Positions 37,830 through 52,215 of a stretch of DNA of 64,000 nt are shown in pieces. Source of the DNA: Eledone cirrhosa (taxonomy: Eukaryota); the NCBI GenBank assembly GCA_964016885.1, contig OZ024750.1, positions 51,460,001 through 51,524,000 of the forward strand, in the 5' to 3' direction. Positions within the stretch are counted from its first letter, which is position 1; every line of letters starts with the position of its first letter. Under the pieces are notes generated by a model. That model ran no database searches, was not told the origin of the DNA, and saw only the letters and a list, made by a program, of their open reading frames with translations. The translations under genes and the position numbers were made by a program.

Positions 37830-40800
37830 CGTGGTAGTGGTGGTATTACACGGTACTCCTAGATGGGTGGTGGGGTGGTAGTGGTGGTATTACTCTGTAC
37901 TACTAGGTGGGGTGTGGGGTGGTAGTGGTGGTATTACACGGTACTCCTAGGTGGGGGTGGGGGGTAGTGGTGGTATTACACGGTACTCCTAGGTGGGGGG
38001 TGGGGGTAGTGGTGGTATTACTCGGTACTCCAAGGTGGGTGGTGGGGTGGTAGTGGTGGTATTACACGGTACTCCTAGGTGGGGGGTGGGGGTAGTGGTG
38101 GTATTACTCGGTACTCCTAGGTGGGTGGTGGGGTGGTAGTGGTGGTATTACACGGTACTCCTAGGTGGGGGGTGGGGGTAGTGGTGGTATTACTCGGTAC
38201 TCCAAGGTGGGTGGTGGGGTGGTAGTGGTGGTATTACACGGTACTCCTAGGTGGGGGGTGGGGGGTAGTGGTGGTATTACTCTGTACTACTAGGTGGGGT
38301 GTGGGGTGGTAGTGGTGGTATTACACGGTACTCCTAGGTGGGGGGTGGGGGGTAGTGGTGGTATTACTCGGTACTCCTAGGTGGGTGGTGGGGTGGTAGT
38401 GGTGGTATTACACGGTACTCCTAGGTGGGGGGTGGGGGTAGTGGTGGTATTACTCGGTACTCCAAGGTGGGTGGTGGGGTGGTAGTGGTGGTATTACACG
38501 GTACTCCTAGGTGGGGGGTGGGGGGTAGTGGTGGTATTACTCGGTACTCCTAGGTGGGGTGTGGGGTGGTAGTGGTGGTATTACTATGTACTACTAGGTG
38601 GGGTGGTGGGGTGGTAGTGGTGGTATTACTTGGTACTCCTAGATGGGTGGTGGGGTGGTAGTGGTGGTATTACTCTGTACTACTAGGTGGGGTGTGGGGT
38701 GGTAGTGGTGGTATTACTTGGTACTACTAGGTGGGGTGGTGGGGTGGTAGTGGTGGTATTATTGGTACTCCTAGGTGGGGTGTGGGGTGGTAGTGGTGGT
38801 ATTACTCTGTACTACTAGGTGGGGTGTGGGGTGGTAGTGGTGGTATTACTTGGTACTACTAGGTGGGGTGGTGGGGTGGTAGTGGTGGTATTATTGGTAC
38901 TCCTAGGTGGGGTGTGGGGTGGTAGTGGTGGTATTATTGGTACTCCTAGGTGGGGTGTGGGGTGGTAGTGGTGGTATTACTTGGTACTACTAGGTGGGGT
39001 GGTGGGGTGGTAGTGGTGGTATTACACGGTACTCCTAGGTGGGGTGTGGGGTGGTAGTGGTGGTATTACACGGTACTCCTAGGTGGGGTGTGGGGTGGTA
39101 GTGGTGGTATTACTCTGTACTACTAGGTGGGGTGGTGGGGTGGTAGTGGTGGTATTACTCTGTACTCCTAGGTGGGGGTTGGGGTGGTAGTGGTGGTATT
39201 ACACGGTACTCCTAGGTGGGGTGTGGGGTGGTAGTGGTGGTATTACACGGTACTACTAGGTGGGGTGTGGGGTGGTAGTGGTGGTATTACACGGTACTCC
39301 TAGGTGGGGTGTGGGGTGGTAGTGGTGGTATTACACGGTACTCCTAGGTGGGGTGTGGGGTGGTAGTGGTGGTATTACACGGTACTCCTAGGTGGGGTGT
39401 GGGGTGGTAGTGGTGGTATTACACGGTACTCCTAGGTGGGGTGTGGGGTGGTAGTGGTGGTATTACACGGTACTACTAGGTGGGGTGTGGGGTGGTAGTG
39501 GTGGTATTACACGGTACTCCTAGGTGGGGTGTGGGGTGGTAGTGGTGGTATTACACGGTACTCCTAGGTGGGGTGTGGGGTGGTAGTGGTGGTATTACAC
39601 GGTACTCCTAGGTGGGGTGTGGGGTGGTAGTGGTGGTATTACACGGTACTCCTAGGTGGGGTGTGGGGTGGTAGTGGTGGTATTACACGGTACTACTAGG
39701 TGGGGTGTGGGGTGGTAGTGGTGGTATTACTCTGTACTCCTAGGTGGGGGTTGGGGTGGTAGTGGTGGTATTACACGGTACTCCTAGATGGGTGGTGGGG
39801 TGGTAGTGGTGGTATTACTTGGTACTCCTAGATGGGTGGTGGGGTGGTAGTGGTGGTATTACACGGTACTCCTAGATGGGTGGTGGGGTGGTAGTGGTGG
39901 TATTACTTGGTACTCCTAGGTGGGGTGTGGGGTGGTAGTGGTGGTATTACTCTGTACTACAAGGTGGGGTGTGGGGTGGTAGTGGTGGTATTATTGGTAC
40001 TCCTAGGTGGGGTGTGGGGTGGTAGTGGTGGTATTACTCTGTACTACTAGGTGGGGTGGTGGGGTGGTAGTGGTGGTATTACTTGGTACTCCTAGGTGGG
40101 GGTTGGGGTGGTAGTGGTGGTATTACACGGTACTCCTAGATGGGTGGTGGGGTGGTAGTGGTGGTATTACTTGGTACTCCTAGATGGGGTGTGGGGTGGT
40201 AGTGGTGGTATTACTCTGTACTACAAGGTGGGGTGTGGGGTGGTAGTGGTGGTATTACTTGGTACTCCTAGATGGGTGGTGGGGTGGTAGTGGTGGTATT
40301 ACTCTGTACTACAAGGTGGGGTGTGGGGTGGTAGTGGTGGTATTACTCTGTACTACAAGGTGGGGTGTGGGGTGGTAGTGGTGGTATTACTCTGTACTAC
40401 AAGGTGGGGTGTGGGGTGGTAGTGGTGGTATTACTTGGTACTCCTAGATGGGGTGTGGGGTGGTAGTGGTGGTATTACTCTGTACTACAAGGTGGGGTGT
40501 GGGGTGGTAGTGGTGGTATTACTTGGTACTCCTAGATGGGTGGTGGGGTGGTAGTGGTGGTATTACTCTGTACTACTAGGTGGGGGTTGGGGTGGTAGTG
40601 GTGGTATTACACGGTACTCCTAGATGGGTGGTGGGGTGGTAGTGGTGGTATTACTTGGTACTCCTAGATGGGTGGTGGGGTGGTAGTGGTGGTATTACTC
40701 TGTACTACTAGGTGGGGGTTGGGGTGGTAGTGGTGGTATTACACGGTACTCCTAGGTGGGGTGTGGGGTGGTAGTGGTGGTATTACTCTGTACTACTAGG

Positions 40801-43800
40801 TGGGGGTTGGGGTGGTAGTGGTGGTATTACTTGGTACTCCTAGATGGGTGGTGGGGTGGTAGTGGTGGTATTACTCTGTACTACTAGGTGGGGGTTGGGG
40901 TGGTAGTGGTGGTATTACTCGGTACTCCTAGGTGGGGTGTGGGGTGGTAGTGGTGGTATTATTGGTACTCCTAGGTGGGGTGTGGGGTGGTAGTGGTGGT
41001 ATTACTTGGTACTCCTAGGTGGGGTGTGGGGTGGTAGTGGTGGTATTACTCGGTACTACTAGGTGGGGTGTGGGGTGGTAGTGGTGGTATTACTCTGTAC
41101 TACTAGGTGGGGTGTGGGGTGGTAGTGGTGGTATTACTCTGTACTACTAGGTGGGGTGTGGGGTGGTAGTGGTGGTATTACTCTGTACTACTAGGTGGGG
41201 TGTGGGGTGGTAGTGGTGGTATTACTCTGTACTACTAGGTGGGGTGTGGGGTGGTAGTGGTGGTATTACTCTGTACTACAAGGTGGGGTGTGGGGTGGTA
41301 GTGGTGGTATTACTCTGTACTACTAGGTGGGGTGTGGGGTGGTAGTGGTGGTATTACTTGGTACTCCTAGGTGGGGTGTGGGGTGGTAGTGGTGGTATTA
41401 CTCTGTACTACAAGGTGGGGTGTGGGGTGGTAGTGGTGGTATTACTTGGTACTCCTAGGTGGGGTGTGGGGTGGTAGTGGTGGTATTACTCTGTACTACT
41501 AGGTGGGGTGTGGGGTGGTAGTGGTGGTATTACTCTGTACTACTAGGTGGGGTGTGGGGTGGTAGTGGTGGTATTACTCTGTACTACTAGGTGGGGTGTG
41601 GGGTGGTAGTGGTGGTATTACTCTGTACTACTAGGTGGGGTGTGGGGTGGTAGTGGTGGTATTACTCTGTACTACTAGGTGGGGTGTGGGGTGGTAGTGG
41701 TGGTATTACTCTGTACTACTAGGTGGGGTGTGGGGTGGTAGTGGTGGTATTACTCGGTACTCCTAGGTGGGGTGTGGGGTGGTAGTGGTGGTATTACTCT
41801 GTACTACTAGGTGGGGTGTGGGGTGGTAGTGGTGGTATTACTCGGTACTCCTAGGTGGGGTGTGGGGTGGTAGTGGTGGTATTACTCGGTACTCCTAGGT
41901 GGGGTGTGGGGTGGTAGTGGTGGTATTACTCTGTACTACTAGGTGGGGTGTGGGGTGGTAGTGGTGGTATTACTCGGTACTCCTAGGTGGGGTGTGGGGT
42001 GGTAGTGGTGGTATTACTCGGTACTCCTAGGTGGGGTGTGGGGTGGTAGTGGTGGTATTACTCTGTACTACTAGGTGGGGTGTGGGGTGGTAGTGGTGGT
42101 ATTACTCTGTACTACTAGGTGGGGTGTGGGGTGGTAGTGGTGGTATTACTCGGTACTCCTAGGTGGGGTGTGGGGTGGTAGTGGTGGTATTACTCTGTAC
42201 TACTAGGTGGGGTGTGGGGTGGTAGTGGTGGTATTACTCGGTACTCCTAGGTGGGGTGTGGGGTGGTAGTGGTGGTATTACTCTGTACTACTAGGTGGGG
42301 TGTGGGGTGGTAGTGGTGGTATTACTCGGTACTCCTAGGTGGGGTGTGGGGTGGTAGTGGTGGTATTACTCTGTACTACTAGGTGGGGTGTGGGGTGGTA
42401 GTGGTGGTATTACTCGGTACTCCTAGGTGGGGTGTGGGGTGGTAGTGGTGGTATTACTCTGTACTACTAGGTGGGGTGTGGGGTGGTAGTGGTGGTATTA
42501 CTCGGTACTCCTAGGTGGGGTGTGGGGTGGTAGTGGTGGTATTACTCTGTACTCCTAGGTGGGGTGTGGGGTGGTAGTGGTGGTATTACTCTGTACTACT
42601 AGGTGGGGTGTGGGGTGGTAGTGGTGGTATTACTTGGTACTCCTAGATGGGTGGTGGGGTGGTAGTGGTGGTATTACTCTGTACTCCTAGGTGGGGTGTG
42701 GGGTGGTAGTGGTGGTATTACTCTGTACTACTAGGTGGGGTGGTGGGGTGGTAGTGGTGGTATTACTCTGTACTCCTAGGTGGGGTGTGGGGTGGTAGTG
42801 GTGGTATTACTTGGTACTCCTAGATGGGTGGTGGGGTGGTAGTGGTGGTATTACTCTGTACTACTAGGTGGGGTGGTGGGGTGGTAGTGGTGGTATTACT
42901 TGGTACTCCTAGGTGGGGTGTGGGGTGGTAGTGGTGGTATTACTCTGTACTACTAGGTGGGGTGGGGTGGTAGTGGTGGTATTACACTGTACTACTAGGT
43001 GGGGTGTGGGGTGGTAGTGGTGGTATTACTCTGTACTACTAGGTGGGGTGTGGGGTGGTAGTGGTGGTATTACACGGTACTCCTAGGTGGGGTGTGGGGT
43101 GGTAGTGGTGGTATTACACGGTACTCCTAGGTGGGGTGTGGGGTGGTAGTGGTGGTATTACTCTGTACTACAAGGTGGGGTGTGGGGTGGTAGTGGTGGT
43201 ATTACACGGTACTCCTAGGTGGGGTGTGGGGTGGTAGTGGTGGTATTACACGGTACTCCTAGGTGGGGTGTGGGGTGGTAGTGGTGGTATTACTCTGTAC
43301 TACTAGGTGGGGTGTGGGGTGGTAGTGGTGGTATTACTCTGTACTACAAGGTGGGGTGTGGGGTGGTAGTGGTGGTATTACACTGTACTACTAGGTGGGG
43401 TGTGGGGTGGTAGTGGTGGTATTACTCTGTACTACTAGGTGGGGTGTGGGATGGTAGTGGTGGTATTACTCTGTACTACTAGGTGGGGTGTGGGTGGTAG
43501 TGGTGGTATTACTCTGTACTACTAGGTGGGGTGTGGGGTGGTAGTGGTGGTATTACTCTGTACTACTAGGTGGGGTGTGGGATGGTAGTGGTGGTATTAC
43601 TCTGTACTACTAGGTGGGGTGTGGGGTGGTAGTGGTGGTATTACTCTGTACTACTAGGTGGGGTGTGGGGTGGTAGTGGTGGTATTACTCTGTACTACTA
43701 GGTGGGGTGTGGGGTGGTAGTGGTGGTATTACTCTGTACTACTAGGTGGGGTGTGGGGTGGTAGTGGTGGTATTACTCTGTACTACTAGGTGGGGTGTGG

Positions 43801-46800
43801 GATGGTAGTGGTGGTATTACTCTGTACTACTAGGTGGGGTGTGGGTGGTAGTGGTGGTATTACTCTGTACTACTAGGTGGGGTGTGGGGTGGTAGTGGTG
43901 GTATTACTCTGTACTACTAGGTGGGGTGTGGGTGGTAGTGGTGGTATTACTCTGTACTACTAGGTGGGGTGTGGGGTGGTAGTGGTGGTATTACTTTGTA
44001 CTACAAGGTGGGGTGTGGGGTGGTAGTGGTGGTATTACTTTGTACTACAAGGTGGGGTGTGGGGTGGTAGTGGTGGTATTACTCGGTATTACAAGGTGGG
44101 GTGTGGGATGGTAGTGGTGGTATTACTCTGTACTACAAGGTGGGGTGTGGGGTGGTAGTGGTGGTATTACTCTGTACTACAAGGTGGGGTGTGGGGTGGT
44201 AGTGGTGGTATTACACGGTACTACAAGGTGGGGTGTGGGGTGGTAGTGGTGGTATTACTCTGTACTACTAGGTGGGGTGTGGGGTGGTAGTGGTGGTATT
44301 ACTCTGTACTACAAGGTGGGGTGTGGGGTGGTAGTGGTGGTATTACTCTGTACTACTAGGTGGGGGTTGGGGTGGTAGTGGTGGTATTACTCTGTACTAC
44401 TAGGTGGGGGTTGGGGTGGTAGTGGTGGTATTACTCGGTACTCCTAGGTGGGGTGTGGGGTGGTAGTGGTGGTATTACACGGTACTACAAGGTGGGGTGT
44501 GGGGTGGTAGTGGTGGTATTACTCTGTACTACAAGGTGGGGGTTGGGGTGGTAGTGGTGGTATTACTCTGTACTACAAGGTGGGGGTTGGGGTGGTAGTG
44601 GTGGTATTACTCGGTACTACAAGGTGGGGGTTGGGGTGGTAGTGGTGGTATTACTCGGTACTACAAGGTGGGGGTTGGGGTGGTAGTGGTGGTATTACTC
44701 GGTACTACAAGGTGGGGGTTGGGGTGGTAGTGGTGGTATTACTCGATACTCCTAGGTGGGGTGTGGGGTGGTAGTGGTGGTATTACTCTGTACTACTAGG
44801 TGGGGTGTGGGGTGGTAGTGGTGGTATTACTCTGTACTACAAGGTGGGGTGTGGGGTGGTAGTGGTGGTATTACTCGGTACTACAAGGTGGGGGTTGGGG
44901 TGGTAGTGGTGGTATTACTCGGTACTACAAGGTGGGGGTTGGGGTGGTAGTGGTGGTATTACTCGGTACTACAAGGTGGGGGTTGGGGTGGTAGTGGTGG
45001 TATTACTCGATACTCCTAGGTGGGGTGTGGGGTGGTAGTGGTGGTATTACTCTGTACTCCTAGGTGGGGGTTGGGGTGGTAGTGGTGGTATTACTCGGTA
45101 CTACAAGGTGGGGGTTGGGGTGGTAGTGGTGGTATTACTCTGTACTACAAGGTGGGGGTTGGGGTGGTAGTGGTGGTATTACTCGGTACTACAAGGTGGG
45201 GGTTGGGGTGGTAGTGGTGGTATTACTCGATACTCCTAGGTGGGGTGTGGGGTGGTAGTGGTGGTATTACTCTGTACTCCTAGGTGGGGGTTGGGGTGGT
45301 AGTGGTGGTATTACTCGGTACTACAAGGTGGGGGTTGGGGTGGTAGTGGTGGTATTACTCGATACTCCTAGGTGGGGTGTGGGGTGGTAGTGGTGGTATT
45401 ACTCGGTACTCCTAGGTGGGGTGTGGGGTGGTAGTGGTGGTATTACTCGATACTACTAGGTGGGGTGTGGGGTGGTAGTGGTGGTATTACTCTGTACTCC
45501 TAGGTGGGGTGTGGGGTGGTAGTGGTGGTATTACTCTGTACTCCTAGGTGGGGTGTGGGGTGGTAGTGGTGGTATTACTCTGTACTACTAGGTGGGGTGT
45601 GGGGTGGTAGTGGTGGTATTACTCGGTACTACTAGGTGGGGTGTGGGGTGGTAGTGGTGGTATTACTCTGTACTACTAGGTGGGGTGTGGGGTGGTAGTG
45701 GTGGTATTACACTGTACTCCTAGGTGGTGTGTGGGGTGGTAGTGGTGGTATTACACGGTACTACTAGGTGGGGTGTGGGGTGGTAGTGGTGGTATTACTC
45801 TGTACTACTAGGTGGGGTGTGGGGTGGTAGTGGTGGTATTACACGGTACTCCTAGGTGGGGTGTGGGGTGGTAGTGGTGGTATTACTCTGTACTACTAGG
45901 TGGGGTGTGGGGTGGTAGTGGTGGTATTACTCTGTACTACTAGGTGGAGTGTGGGGTGGTAGTGGTGGTATTACTCTGTACTACTAGGTGGGGTGTGGGG
46001 TGGTAGTGGTGGTATTACTCTGTACTACTAGGTGGGGTGTGGGGTGGTAGTGGTGGTATTACTCTGTACTACTAGGTGGAGTGTGGGGTGGTAGTGGTGG
46101 TATTACTCTGTACTACTAGGTGGGGTGTGGGGTGGTAGTGGTGGTATTACTCTGTACTACTAGGTGGGGTGTGGGGTGGTAGTGGTGGTATTACTCTGTA
46201 CTACTAGGTGGGGTGTGGGGTGGTAGTGGTGGTATTACTCGATACTACAAGGTGGGGGGTGGGGTGGTAGTGGTGGTATTACTCGGTACTCCTAGGTGGG
46301 GTGTGGGGTGGTAGTGGTGGTATTACTCGATACTACAAGGTGGGGGGTGGGGTGGTAGTGGTGGTAATAGTCGGTACTACTAGGTGGGGGTTGGGGCGGT
46401 AGTGGTGGTATTACACGGTACTCCTAGGTGGGGTGTGGGGTGGTAGTGGTGGTATTACTCTGTACTACTAGGTGGGGGTTGGGGTGGTAGTGGTGGTATT
46501 ACTCTGTACTTCTAGGTGGGGGCTGGGGTGGTAGTGGTGGTATTACACGGTACTCCTAGGTGGGGTGTGGGGTGGTAGTGGTGGTATTACACGGTACTCC
46601 AAGGTGGGTGGTGGGGTGGTAGTGGTGGTATTACTCTGTACTACTAGGTGGGGTGTGGGGTGGTAGTGGTGGTATTACACGGTACTCCTAGGTGGGTGGT
46701 GGGGTGGTAGTGGTGGTATTACTCTGTACTACTAGGTGGGGGTTGGGGCGGTAGTGGTGGTATTACACGGTACTCCTAGGTGGTGTGTGGGGTGGTAGTG

Positions 46801-49800
46801 GTGGTATTACTCTGTACTACTAGGTGGGGGTTGGGGTGGTAGTGGTGGTATTACTCTGTACTACTAGGTGGGGGTTGGGGTGGTAGTGGTGGTACTACTC
46901 GGTACTCCTAGATGGGTGGTGGGGTGGTAGTGGTGGTATTACTCGATACTACAAGGTGGGGGGTGGGGTGGTACTGGTGGTACTACTCGGTACTACTAGG
47001 TGGGTGGTGGGGTGGTAGTGGTGGTAATAGTCGGTACTACTAGGTGGGGTGTGGGGTGGTAGTGGTGGTATTACTCTGTACTACAAGGTGGGGTGTGGGG
47101 TGGTAGTGGTGGTATTACTCTGTACTACTAGGTGGGGGTTGGGGTGGTAGTGGTGGTATTACTCTGTACTACTAGGTGGGGGTTGGGGTGGTAGTGGTGG
47201 TATTACTCGGTACTCCTAGGTGGGGTGTGGGGTGGTAGTGGTGGTATTACACGGTACTACAAGGTGGGGTGTGGGGTGGTAGTGGTGGTATTACTCTGTA
47301 CTACAAGGTGGGGGTTGGGGTGGTAGTGGTGGTATTACTCGGTACTACAAGGTGGGGGTTGGGGTGGTAGTGGTGGTATTACTCGGTACTACAAGGTGGG
47401 GGTTGGGGTGGTAGTGGTGGTATTACTCGGTACTACAAGGTGGGGGTTGGGGTGGTAGTGGTGGTATTACTCGGTACTACAAGGTGGGGGTTGGGGTGGT
47501 AGTGGTGGTATTACTCTGTACTACTAGGTGGGGTGTGGGGTGGTAGTGGTGGTATAACTCTGTACTACAAGGTGGGGGTTGGGGTGGTAGTGGTGGTATT
47601 ACTCGGTACTCCTAGGTGGGGTGTGGGGTGGTAGTGGTGGTATTACTCGATACTACTAGGTGGGGTGTGGGGTGGTAGTGGTGGTATTACTCTGTACTCC
47701 TAGGTGGGGTGTGGGGTGGTAGTGGTGGTATTACTCTGTACTCCTAGGTGGGGTGTGGGGTGGTAGTGGTGGTATTACTCTGTACTACTAGGTGGGGTGT
47801 GGGGTGGTAGTGGTGGTATTACTCGGTACTCCTAGGTGGGGTGTGGGGTGGTAGTGGTGGTATTACTCGGTACTCCTAGGTGGGGTGTGGGGTGGTAGTG
47901 GTGGTATTACACGGTACTACAAGGTGGGGTGTGGGGTGGTAGTGGTGGTATTACTCTGTATTACTAGGTGGGGGTTGGGGTGGTAGTGGTGGTATTACTC
48001 GGTACTCCTAGGTGGGGTGTGGGGTGGTAGTGGTGGTATTACTCTGTACTACAAGGTGGGGTGTGGGGTGGTAGTGGTGGTATTACTCGATACTACTAGG
48101 TGGGGTGTGGGGTGGTAGTGGTGGTATTACTCGATACTACTAGGTGGGGTGTGGGGTGGTAGTGGTGGTATTACTCTGTACTACAAGGTGGGGTGTGGGG
48201 TGGTAGTGGTGGTATTACTCGATACTACTAGGTGGGGTGTGGGGTGGTAGTGGTGGTATTACTCTGTACTACAAGGTGGGGTGTGGGGTGGTAGTGGTGG
48301 TATTACTCGATACTACTAGGTGGGGTGTGGGGTGGTAGTGGTGGTATTACTCGGTACTACAAGGTGGGGTGTGGGGTGGTAGTGGTGGTATTACTCGATA
48401 CTACTAGGTGGGGTGTGGGGTGGTAGTGGTGGTATTACTCTGTACTACAAGGTGGGGTGTGGGGTGGTAGTGGTGGTATTACTCGATACTACTAGGTGGG
48501 GTGTGGGGTGGTAGTGGTGGTATTACTCGGTACTACAAGGTGGGGTGTGGGGTGGTAGTGGTGGTATTACTCGATACTACTAGGTGGGGTGTGGGGTGGT
48601 AGTGGTGGTATTACTCTGTACTACAAGGTGGGGTGTGGGGTGGTAGTGGTGGTATTACTCTGTACTCCTAGGTGGGGTGTGGGGTGGTAGTGGTGGTATT
48701 ACTCGGTACTACAAGGTGGGGTGTGGGGTGGTAGTGGTGGTATTACACGGTACTCCTAGGTGGGGTGTGGGGTGGTAGTGGTGGTATTACTCTGTACTCC
48801 TAGGTGGGGTGTGGGGTGGTAGTGGTGGTATTACTCGGTACTACAAGGTGGGGTGTGGGGTGGTAGTGGTGGTATTACTCGGTACTACAAGGTGGGGTGT
48901 GGGGTGGTAGTGGTGGTATTACTCGGTACTACAAGGTGGGGTGTGGGGTGGTAGTGGTGGTATTACTCTGTACTCCTAGGTGGGGTGTGGGGTGGTAGTG
49001 GTGGTATTACTCTGTACTACAAGGTGGGGTGTGGGGTGGTAGTGGTGGTATTACTCTGTACTACTAGGTGGGGTGTGGGGTGGTAGTGGTGGTATTACTC
49101 TGTACTACTAGGTGGGGTGTGGGGTGGTAGTGGTGGTATTACTCGGTACTACTAGGTGGGGGTTGGGGTGGTAGTGGTGGTATTACTCGGTACTACAAGG
49201 TGGGGTGTGGGGTGGTAGTGGTGGTATTACTCTGTACTACTAGGTGGGGTGTGGGGTGGTAGTGGTGGTATTACTCTGTACTCCTAGGTGGGGTCTGGGG
49301 TGGTATTGGTCGTATGACTCGGTACTACTAGGTGGGGTGTGGGGTGGTAGTGGTGGTATTACTCTGTACTACTAGGTGGGGGTTGGGGTGATAGTGGTGG
49401 TATTACTCGGTACTCCTAGGTGGGGTGTGGGGTGGTAGTGGTGGTATTACTCGGTACTCCTAGGTGGGGTGTGGGGTGGTAGTGGTGGTATTACTCGGTA
49501 CTCCTAGGTGGGGTGTGGGGTGGTAGTGGTGGTATTACTCTGTACTCCTAGGTGGGGTGTGGGGTGGTAGTGGTGGTATTACTCTGTACTCCTAGGTGGG
49601 GTGTGGGGTGGTAGTGGTGGTATTACTCTGTACTACAAGGTGGGGTGTGGGGTGGTAGTGGTGGTATTACTCTGTACTCCTAGGTGGGGTGTGGGGTGGT
49701 AGTGGTGGTATTACTCTGTACTCCTAGGTGGGGTGTGGGGTGGTAGTGGTGGTATTACTCGGTACTACAAGGTGGGGTGTGGGGTGGTAGTGGTGGTATT

Positions 49801-50744
49801 ACTCTGTACTCCTAGGTGGGGTGTGGGGAGCTAGTGGTGGTATTACTCTGTACTCCTAGGTGGGGTGTGGGGAGCTAGTGGTGGTATTACTCTGTACTCC
49901 TAGGTGGGGTGTGGGGTGGTAGTGGTGGTATTACTCTGTACTCCTAGGTGGGGTGTGGGGTGGTAGTGGTGGTATTACTCTGTACTACAAGGTGGGGTGT
50001 GGGGTGGTAGTGGTGGTATTACTCTGTACTACTAGGTGGGGTGTGGGGTGGTAGTGGTGGTATTACTCGATACTACAAGGTGGGGGTTGGGGTGGTAGTG
50101 GTGGTATTACTCGATACTACAAGGTGGGATGTGGGGTGGTAGTGGTGGTATTACTCGGTACTACAAGGTGGGGTGTGGGGTGGTAGTGGTCGTATGACTC
50201 GGTACTACTAGGTGGGGTGTGGGGTGGTAGTGGTGGTATTACTCTGTACTACAAGGTGGGGTGTGGGGTGGTAGTGGTGGTATTACTCTGTACTACTAGG
50301 TGGGGTGTGGGGTGGTAGTGGTGGTATTACTCTGTACTACTAGGTGGGGTGTGGGGTGGTAGTGGTGGTATTACTCGGTACTACAAGGTGGGGTGTGGGG
50401 TGGTAGTGGTCGTATGACTCGGTACTATTAGGTGGGTGGTGGTATGACACGGGACTCCTGGGTGGGGTGTGGTGGTAGTGGTGGTATTTCTCGGTATTAC
50501 TAGGTGGAGGTTGGGGTGGTAGTTGTGGTATTACTCGGGACTCCTGGGTGGGGGTGGGGGTGGTAGTGGGGCTAAGACTCGGGACTCCTGTGTGGGGGCT
50601 GGGGTGGTAGTTGTGGTATAACTCGGGACTCCTGTGTGGGGCTGGGGTGGTAGTTGTGGTATGACTCGGGACTCCTGTGTGGCGGGTGGGGTGGTAGTTG
50701 TGGTATGACTCGGGACTCCTGTGTGGCGGGTGGGGTGGCAGTTG
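37830..50744. repeat. 44-bp G-rich satellite, ~12.9 kb (~290 copies)
   Basis: Unit actaggtggggtgtggggtggtagtggtggtattactctgtact; period checked at 41461/41505. Confidence 0.98.
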
Positions 50745-52215
50745 AGGTACCAGAGTGGTTGACAAAAGTTACCACAATTCTGGTAATGAAAGACCGAATA
50801 AAGGGTAATGACGTTACCAACTATAGACCTATGAGATGTCTGTCCGTAATGTAGAAACTGTTGACAAGCATTATGTCTGAGGAAATCTACCATCACCTCC
50901 GCATAAACAACTTGTTACCGGACGAACAGAAAGGATGCCGAAAGAAGTCCCGTGGTACAAAGGACCAGTTACTTATTGATAAGATGGTAATGAGGAATTG
51001 CAAGAGGAGACACACTGGTCTTGCCATGGGTTGGATAGACTACAAAAAGGCATTTGACATGGTGCCTCATTCTTGGATCACTAAAAGCCTAGAGATCTTT
51101 AAGGTGGCAGATAACATCAGACAGTTCTTGGGCAAAAATATGAAGTCCTGGAAAACAGAGTTAACATCAGCTGCAGAATCCTTGGGAGACGTGAAGATCA
51201 AGAGAGGTATCTTCCAGGGAGATAGTCTGTCCCCTCTGTTGTTTGTCCTTGCGCTGATGCCCCTGACCATTATACTGCGAAATGTGAGACCAGGATACAA
51301 GTTGGGAAAGAGAGAGTTTACCATCAATCACCCCCTCTTCATGGATGATCTTAAACTCTTGGGGAAGAGTGAGAAGGAGTTAAATGTGCTTGTTGACACT
51401 GTCCGTATTTTCAGCAATGATATATGTATGCAATTTGGTATTAGTAAGTGTGGAGTCCTTGTGATGAAGAGGAGTAAATTGAGCAGAAGCAACGGAATCC
51501 AGGTACCAACAGGTGAGATGATAAAGGAAATTGACACTGAAGAAGGATACAAGTATTTGGGTGTTCTGGAGGCTGATGACATCAAGAACAAAAAAATGAA
51601 GGAATTGATAAGATCTGAATACATTCAGAGAGTAAGGAGCGTATTAAAGTCACATCTGAACAGTAGGAATGCCATAAGTGCAGTAAATTCCCGAGCTGTG
51701 TCTATTATTAGGTACAGTTCGGGAATACTGAGATGGAATGTTGCTGAACAAAAAGAAATGGATAGGAAGACTAGGAAGCTATTGACTATCTACAACATGT
51801 TCCACAAGAGGAGTGATGTCGATAGCCTCTACTTCAGGACATCTGAAGGTTGAAGAGGTCTTATCAGCATAGAGGACTGTGTTCAGATGGAGAAAACCAA
51901 CCTACACAAGTACTCAGAATTGTACTGAAGGAGAGGACAATAGACCGGGGGATGTCCAAGGAGGAAATAACAACAAAGGGAAAGAGCAGCCTTCATGAAA
52001 AATTCCTTCATAGTACCTTCTTTGAGAAAACTGAATTCAGAGATCCACAAACATGGAACTGGTTGAAAAGAGGACACCTTAAAAAGGCTACAGAAGGAAT
52101 GCTAATGGCTGCGCAGGAGCAGGCCCTCAGAACGAAGTGGTTGAAACACCATATTTACAAGGAGGAGGCTAGCCCACTGTGCAGGATCTGTGGAGAGAGG
52201 GAGGAGACTGTGCAC
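50745..52215 (+). mobile_element. R4/Dong-like retrotransposon RT fragment (truncated at both ends)
   Basis: [91 protein letters not shown]. Confidence 0.92.

Noticed and set aside
37830-50744. G-rich array as a telomere
   Set aside because: No (TTAGGG)n; the unit is 44 bp and the array is internal.
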